From the human T2T-CHM13v2.0 reference genome, Homo sapiens, in assembly GCF_009914755.1 (NCBI RefSeq), contig NC_060932.1: 64,000 nucleotides of DNA; one strand, given 5' to 3'. A model generated the notes under the pieces. That model was given only the letters and a program-made list of their open reading frames with translations, was not told where the DNA came from and did no database searches. Numbering within the stretch: position 1 is the first letter of the stretch; each line of letters opens with the position of its first letter. Position numbers and translations under genes: made by a program. This document shows, piece after piece, positions 56,579 through 64,000 of this stretch.

Positions 56579-57487
56579 CTTTGTGGTTTTATCTACTTTT
56601 GGTCTTTGATGATGGTGATGTACAGATGGGTTTTTGGTGTGGATGTCCTTTCTGTTTGTTAGTTTTCCTTCTAACAGACAGGACCCTCAGCTGCAGGTCT
56701 GCTGGAGTACCCTGCCGTGTGAGGTGTCAGTGTGCCCCTGCTGGGGGGTGCCTCCCAGTTAGGCTGCTCGGGGGTCAGGGGACAGGGACCCACTTGAGGA
56801 GGCAGTCTGCCCGTTCTCAGATCTCCAGCTGCGTGCTGGGAGAACCACTGCTCTCTTCAAAGCTGTCAGACAGGGACATTTAAGTCTGCAGAGGTTACTG
56901 CTGTCTTTTTGTTTGTGCCCTGCCCCCAGAGGTGGAGCCTACAGAGGCAGGCAGGCCTCCTTGAGCTGTGGTGGGCTCCACCCAGTTCGAGCTTCCTGGC
57001 TGCTCTGTTTACCTAAGCACGCCTGGGCAATGGTGGGTGCCCCTCCCCCAGCCTTGCTGCCCCCTTGCAGTCTGATCTCAGACTGCCGTGCTAGCAATCA
57101 GGGAGACTCCGTGGGCGTGGGCGTAGGACTCTCTGAGCCAGGTGCAGGATATAATCTCGTGGTCTGCCATTTTTTAAGCCCGTCGGAAAAGCGCAGTATT
57201 CGGGTGGGAGCCACCCAATTTTCCAGGTGCCGGCTGTCCCCCCTTTCTTTGACTAGGAAAGGGAACTCCCTGACCCCTTGCACTTCCGGAGTGAGGCAAT
57301 GCCTCACCCTGCTTCGGCTGGCGCACAGTGCACGCACCCACTGACCTGCGCCCACTGTCTGGCACTCCCTAGTGAGATGAACCCGGTACCTCAGATGGAA
57401 ATGCAGAAATCACCTGTCTTCGGCGTCGCTCACGCTGGGAGCTGTAGACCGGAGCTGTTCCTATTCAGCCATCTTGGCTCCTCCCCC
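56579..57487 (-). promoter_or_regulatory. L1 5'UTR with internal sense promoter and antisense promoter; YY1 core at ~57467-57476
   Basis: CpG-richest part of the window; CAAGATGGC YY1 core retained (adjacent CpG decayed to TG). Confidence 0.8.
57030..57344 (+). CDS. L1 antisense ORF0 homologue, open, 104 aa (expression unknown)
   Basis: MVGAPPPALLPPCSLISDCRASNQGDSVGVGVGLSEPG...SEKRSIRVGATQFSRC matches the primate L1 ORF0 (MAGAPPPASLPPCSLISDC...); strong start context GCAATGG. Confidence 0.6.
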   Translation: MVGAPPPALLPPCSLISDCRASNQGDSVGVGVGLSEPGAGYNLVVCHFLSPSEKRSIRVGATQFSRCRLSPLSLTRKGNSLTPCTSGVRQCLTLLRLAHSARTH

Positions 57488-59359
57488 GACTATAGAACTT
57501 TCATACAGTACATGAACTTCATAAAAACAATTTCTCTGCTTAAAAGGCTTTTTCTAATTTACTTCAAGGTTTCCTATCCTAATGTAGACTTAGGTTAGCT
57601 GTAGCCTTGTAGGATTTAAAGAGAGAATAGATTGTAAGAGATGAGTTCTAAATTCAGACAGATTCTCAAGGGCATGATTCTTATGAATATGTATAATGTC
57701 AACTCTAGCCTATGTGGATTTCTAGTCCTTTGCAGTGCTAATTTAGCCATTATTTTCAAGCTCTTTTTCTATGAAACCAATTTACTATGACTTTTTGGTA
57801 AGGCTTTTATAACATTTGCTAATTACAAGGTGACATCTGCATAATTATTAATTATGAAGTTACATCTGCATAATGAATATTACCAATAATTTAACTTAAA
57901 TGTTTCAGTTAAAACTTTAAATGCATGGAATTAACCAGAAGTCACAATGAGTTGCTACTGTATCAGTTATAGAATTGAGAAGGAAACAATTCAAGACAAA
58001 CATAGTAGTGAATGAAAATTTGAGCTTTAACACTGCATGAATGAGAGGAAAGATGAGTTTGATGCCACAAAGAAAAAGGGGTCATACGTGGTAATAACCT
58101 GGTAGAGAGTTAAGAGAAAGTCTCATCCCAAAGTATATTTCAGCATGAAGGGCTTGTTAAAGTTTATTCTAGGAAGAATATAAAAGTGTTTGCTTTATTG
58201 GTAATGTTAAAGAAATCTACACTGTGATTTTCTTTGAGCTCAGAATTCAGCCTCAGATATGAGCATCGTTTACTAGGCCAGGCTATGTTCTAAGTATTTA
58301 AAAATTTTGGAATCTTATCTGAGCCACTAAATTTTGAGCAGATTTTACAGAGAGTGGCATCATTTCCTAGAAAAACAGCAGCAACAAATGTGGGGAAAAG
58401 AGGGATGTCCTCAGGGTTAGTGTGTCCAGGGATCAGGACAACGCTCCACAGAGTCGAGGGGCATTAGTACATATAATTATTCCAGGGAAGTCTCTCTCAG
58501 AGGCCATAAGACCAATTTCTATTTAGTTTCCTTGCTGTCATATGGAAGAGATTGAAGTCTGCTGGCATCAATGAGGTAAGGACTCTGCCATCATAAAGTC
58601 CTGTGGATTATGGAAAGCCCATGTAGAAAATAATGGGAAATAAAGGAAACAACAATACTGTTTAATTTGAAAAATAGACATATCTGTGTCTCAAGATGTA
58701 AGAATTGACGAGTACACACCAAGTCGTTGTTATCTACGTGGAAAAAAATAGTAAATGTATTTATTATTAGAGGATGTGAAGTTTGGTTGTGACAAATTAA
58801 AGACTGCACCTTTTTGAGATAGTCATGTAACATTTTCAGTGACTATCTCTTAAGGCATTGTGCACACCATACTGCTTAAAATTCAAGATCCTTGTGACTG
58901 AAAGCCAGTTCTGATTATAATAGACACAATTCTCAATGCTAAGTTCTAACAAATTAAATGTGTCCCTGAATGTGACAGTAAAACTTCTAAGTTTTATTCC
59001 ATTTTCAAAGATTAGCTCAGTTCCACTTGTCAGCTGGGACATGCTGTTAGATTTGTTGTTTTATTGTATTGTTTAAATGTTCAGTGGGCACAAGTTTTTC
59101 ATAGGTAAAGAATTAATGTGTCATGTTATCGTGACACATTAATTTTAGATACATCAGTCTAAAAGCATGAAAGTTTATTTTGATCCAGTTCACCGCATAA
59201 AATAATCACTACCCATTTTCACTTCAAAGGGCATATCTTGATATGTATAGAAGGATAGTGTTGAAAATAATTGTGTTTATGAAATTAATAAATCTCCAAA
59301 GTAGTGGTCCAAAAAATATTTTACCCCTTAGGCCTTAGGTCATCCTACTGTCCTGTAAG

Positions 59360-59880
59360 TTACCAACAGTAAGTAGAATTAAATTTACATACTCTTAATA
59401 TTGAGATGATTGCTGACCTTGAGAATAATTATTTTAGAGAGGTAGGGAGAGGAAGTTGTCAATTGGGGTGCATTAAGGGGAGAGTATGAGATGAGAACAT
59501 GAAATGAAAGAATACAAACAGCAATTCGAAGAAGTTTTTCTCTAAATAGGAGCAGGAAAATCATGTGGGAGTTGATGGTGAGGAGGGATGTTGGTACAAA
59601 TAGTTACCCTTTCACATGATGAGGACTATCACAAATATGCTGTGGGAAAAAAAGAGTGAGAGGAAAAAAAATTTAAAATATCCTTGAGCAAATCAAAGAG
59701 CATGGAATCCAAGCCTAAGCAGAAGGATTTGTTTCAACAGGAAGGGACCAATGGCCCCATCATGAACGTGGAAAGTCTGACCATCCTAGGTACATGAGGT
59801 TGGTAGGTCTGATAGTGGGAGATGAGATACTTCTCTTTCGACTGGTACTATTGTCTGTGTGAAATAATCACTTGAATAAA
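59360..59880 (-). mobile_element. L2 fragment
   Basis: 'gatgattgctgaccttgaga...aacagcaattcgaagaagtttttctctaaataggagcag', purine-rich. Confidence 0.55.
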
Positions 59881-59924
59881 CAAGTCTTGACAGAAAAGAG
59901 TTGAAGTTTTCACTTTGGGTTATT

Positions 59925-60730
59925 GTTAGTCTTTAGAGATCATCATATTCAACATCCCTCTCTGTCCAGGAATCAGATGAATAGTGCTCAGATATTTTGA
60001 ACATGGCCATCCAGCAATGAGCAGCTTAGTTTTTCAAGGACAGCCCTTTCTGTGTTTAGACATCACTAATTTTTAGAAAACCTTTTCTTACTGTACTAGT
60101 TCTCTACTGCAGCTCTAACAAATTACCACAACTGAGCTGCTAGAAACAACCCAAGTGCATTATCATACAATTCTGTAAGTCAGAAGCCTAACGTGGGTTT
60201 TACTGGGCTAAAGTCAAAGTTTCAGTAAGTTTTGTGTTCCTTTTTGGAGGCTATAGGAAAGAATCCTTTTCCTTGTCTTTTCTGATTTTTAAAGGCCATG
60301 CACATTCCTTGGCGCATGGCCCCCTTTTTCATCTTCAATGCCAGCACCATTGCATCTCTCTGTGTGTTTCTGCTATGGTCATATCTTCCTCTGACTGACT
60401 GCACTTAGAAAAGGTTCTCTGCTTTTAAGGATGCATGTGATTAGATTGAGCACTTCTGGATAATCAGGACATCTCCCCATCTCAAGGTCCACAACCTTAA
60501 TGCCATCTGCAAAGGCCTCTTTTTGTCTTGTAAGATTACATATTCACAGTCTACAAGGATTAGGACATGGACGTCTTTGGGGAACATTAGTCTGCCTACC
60601 ACACTTGTTTTAGGTTTAAATCTTTTGCACACTGCCTCTTGACTTACCCTATCGAATTGTGAAACAAAATAGAGTCATTCTTTCCTTTTCCATAGAATAA
60701 TCCTGTCAGATGTTTCAATGTAACCTTCAG
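59925..60730 (-). mobile_element. L3/CR1 relic interrupted by MLT1D
   Basis: 'ctttagagatcatc...tcaaggacagccctttc...ttttagaaaaccttttctta' continues after 60603. Confidence 0.45.
60092..60603 (-). mobile_element. MLT1D MaLR solo LTR
   Basis: 512 bp, TG...CA termini, 'ctaacaaattaccacaa...cacattccttggc...ggattaggacatggacgtctttgggg...ctgcctaccaca'. Confidence 0.88.
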
Positions 60731-61394
60731 GGGCTCTTGTCTTTTACCTCCCAAAATTTCTCCTAAACTTCTGTGCCCATAAGTAAACATAAGTCATACT
60801 GACATCATTGACATCATATAGTCTTTTTATACATATAGAGAAATGCATTCATAGATAATTTGAAAGTCACAGAGTACACAGAAACTGGAGTTTATTTGAA
60901 TAGTGTTACAGTATATCTTAGAATTATGTCATAGTGTCCTTTTCAAAATATGAAAAACAAGTTTACATGTAAAATTATGTTGAAAAGAAAGTGATGAAAC
61001 TGTCTTTCAAGCAAGTTGATTTTAATTTGGTTCAATTTCACAGTCCTTAATTGAACATTACTGGTACCTTATGAAACAATCTCTACCCTAATGACCTGGG
61101 GCTAATTGGGATGATGGGCACAAATGGTTTTATTGTATTATAGTAAATGAAATGATATAGTAATTATAGGATGCAATAGGAAAATAGCTTCGGGCAGAAG
61201 TAAAGAACTCTTCCTGGAATTGTCTCCTGTGCTAAATTTTAGTAGATGAGAAGTTAGGAAAGTGTACTGTATGGCAAGCACTTTCCAGACAACAGAAATA
61301 GAAGAAGTAAAAACACTGTGAAGCACCAAACATTATAGAGAGAGTGTATTTGGTAAGTATCAAGAAGCTCATGAATAGTACTAGTAGTAGCTTT

Positions 61395-61610
61395 AAATTC
61401 TGATTAGCATTTACTATTTATCAGCTAACTTTTCTAAGTGCTTTATTATTTTAACCTTCATAGAGATCCCATAAAGTAGATACCATAATTACCTAAATTC
61501 ATTAGTTCAGGGAACTGAGGCACAAAGAGGTTAAGCAACTTGCCAACAATGTATAGCAAATCCAAGGTTTAAAACTCTGGAAGTCTGAAATCAAAGATTC
61601 TGTTACACCA
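61395..61610 (-). mobile_element. MIR SINE
   Basis: 'gggaactgaggcacaaagaggttaagcaacttgcc'. Confidence 0.72.
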
Positions 61611-61639
61611 TACAAGCTCTCAGGATGACCAGAATATAA

Positions 61640-62135
61640 AGAATAAAGCAAAGAGTGGTGAATGATAAGGAATGTCAGCAGGAGTTTTTGTTAGAGCTGG
61701 AACCTTAACCAGTGGTGGAGGGGCTCCCTTGATGGGGTTAAACAGAAGAGTGTCATGGTCAAGTCACATGTCACTGTGGTTGTCATTGTGGTTGTGGTTA
61801 TGTGGAGGGAGTGGGAAGTGATAAAAAGAGAAACACGCTAAAAGGTAATTCAGAGACAGGGGCACTTATCCAAGTAAAATATGACAAAAATATAGCAGAG
61901 TTAGCAAAGAAAAAAAAGGCTGAAAATGATAAATATTTAGGAAGTAAAATAACAGGATGTGATATTTGTATACAGGAGTATGTGATATAATAAAAATGAG
62001 ATAAGAGATAACACTCAGTACTATAGTTTGACTTTTGAACTTTTGTAATTTACTAAGTTAGAGAACACTTAATAAGAGCGGAAAATACGTTTAAGTTGAA
62101 CATACTGAGATAAAGCTGCATGTGAGAATTCCAGG
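61640..62135 (-). mobile_element. L2 fragment
   Basis: 'ttaaacagaagagtgtcatggtc...aaatatttaggaagtaaaataacaggatgtgat...tttaagttgaacatactgag'. Confidence 0.55.
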
Positions 62136-62137
62136 CT

Positions 62138-62156
62138 GTGCCACTAGGCGGCGGCA
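62138..62156 (+). promoter_or_regulatory. Candidate CTCF binding site
   Basis: GTGCCACTAGGCGGCGGCA has one mismatch to CCASYAGRKGGCRS; local cluster of retained CpGs. Confidence 0.55.
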
Positions 62157-63339
62157 TTTGTGCGCCTGCATTGTGCGAATTCCGCCCAAGCTTTACTCTC
62201 TGCATGATTTGTCAGTGAAATTCTGAATGTCTAAAGACCTCTCATTCTCCACTTCTGTTGTATTATTAGTTTCTGACCACACGATGGAGTCATTTCTTCA
62301 CATTTCCTCACACTGATTTTGTTTATTAAGAAAATCAATCCAGTCAAACACTAGCTGGAATAAAAGACATTTAAATTTTCAGAATATTCCTCTAAAAATT
62401 TAGGTTCTCTTTGACAAGGAACATAAAAATTAATTCAGTGAGTATTCAGAACCAGCTTCAGATTATTTAAAATGAAAATTGAGATTCCTGAAAAACATTA
62501 ATTAATCCAGGAATATTGATTTTAAAAATTGTTTAGAGACACTGAAAAAGCATAAATATATAACTACTTGAGAAACTTTGTTAAGTCTGAATCAAATTTG
62601 GAATTCATTTAAAGCAGGTGATTGACTGTACACAAGTATATTGTCAAGCTGCATTCTATTTTGTGTATGATCCTGCCAAGTTTTAATAAATATTAGTCTT
62701 CAACCTTTAATCAATAATGTTTTAGAAGAGAGTAACAATAAATGGTATTGGTAGAGCACCTTACAGTTTGCTGCGCTTTCACAGCCTTATTTCGTGTGAC
62801 ACTGACAGACCAGTCAATTAAACCCCTATTCCAAGGAAAATGTAAAGAACTGATTCTAGACAAAGAAAAAATTAGTACTATTATCTCCCTTCACCTTACA
62901 CATTTATACTGCCTCTGGTACACTCTTGCTCTTTAACAATGTATCTTCAATTTAATATCCAAAATCTGTTACAACGCTTTTAAATTACTGCAACAATAGA
63001 AGCATATGGTTCTTAACCTTTCAGGGTTGGATTGAATGACCTAAAAAGGGCTTCTGAAGTCTTCAACTTAGCATTCGTCTTTCCAGGTCAAATAATCCCT
63101 CCTATTTTTTCTCGCAGGGTGATCAGTCTTTTTGGAATGATCTCTCTCTTAGACCATGATAATTTTCCAGTTCTTTGTTCAGAATCTGGGTACCTGAAAT
63201 CCCTATCCCAGATGATGTTTTTATACTAAGGCATAGCTGGGAGGAAGCCTCAATGGAAATACTGTCATTCTTAATTTTACAGTCATCTAGTGTGCCTTTC
63301 ACTGCTCTCCAGAGAGAGGTCTTATCGAGTGGCTAGGAT

Positions 63340-64000
63340 TCCAAATTCATGGACAATTTTCAGTTTTTATCTCCTAGGGTCTCTTTAATACATACAGCAT
63401 TTCTTTCTTCCTGCAGAAGAAAGAAACACTTTCTTCCTGTGTTCTCCTAGATTTCTTCGTGCATTTCTGGCCACTCTTTCTCAGCTTCTTTTCCCCTGTC
63501 TCTTTCACTTCTTTCTCTGTATTCTGTTAAATACCAGATTTATTTCTCTAGCTCAGACCTATTCTATGAGCTGAGGTCTTATAGATAAAATTGAATTATT
63601 GATGTTTTTCACTTTCCCACCATAATGAATGATATGACCATCCATTCTTTCACTGTTCAAATGAGAAATCTCACACCCGTCTGTTTCCTCTCTCTTCTTT
63701 AATGCCCATATTTAAATTCAATCCTTCAATGTACCCTATCAAATCTATTTCAAATTGTACCCCACTAAATTCATGTCTATTTCCATTGTCAAAAGTTGAT
63801 CCACTCTAAAATTCTCCATTTGGACCGTTATATTAGACTCCTGATTGCTGTTTCGTCTTTCTCTTTTGCCGTCTTTCAATCTATTCTCTGGAATCTCAAA
63901 GTAATCTTTTAAAAATATAAATACAACTAATGCCACTCATTGTGTAATACCTTTCAATGACTTACTGTTAGATGCAGAGTACAATCCTAACTACTAAACT
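63340..64000 (+). mobile_element. L2 fragment
   Basis: 'atttctctagctcagacctattctatgagctgag...accatccattctt...ctctcttctttaatgcccatatttaa'. Confidence 0.55.

Overview
Primate (human-like) AT-rich, CpG-depleted genomic DNA, either intronic or intergenic, made up largely of interspersed repeats. I found no host protein-coding exon, tRNA, rRNA or CRISPR array. The only recognisable protein ORFs are LINE-1 derived. The main feature is a full-length ~6 kb L1PA2/PA3-type LINE-1 on the minus strand (51431-57487) with a perfect 15-bp target-site duplication (TSD). It cannot retrotranspose autonomously (ORF1 R49*, several ORF2 lesions) but keeps an open, extended antisense ORF0 and an 804-codon open stretch containing the RT domain. 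Also present: an older L1PA16/17-like element with a younger L1PA copy nested in it, a MER52 solo LTR, THE1/MST/MLT1/LTR40 LTRs, five Alu-family copies, hAT and mariner MITEs, MIR/L2/L3 relics and a probable fossil non-LTR RT. Repeat family names come from recalled consensus sequences, not a database search, and boundaries of old repeats are approximate. I see no supportable new biological system. The best leads are the intact ORF0, a strong minus-strand bias of L1/LTR inserts, a candidate CTCF site, a TGACAG/palindrome enhancer-like block and a few perfect inverted repeats.
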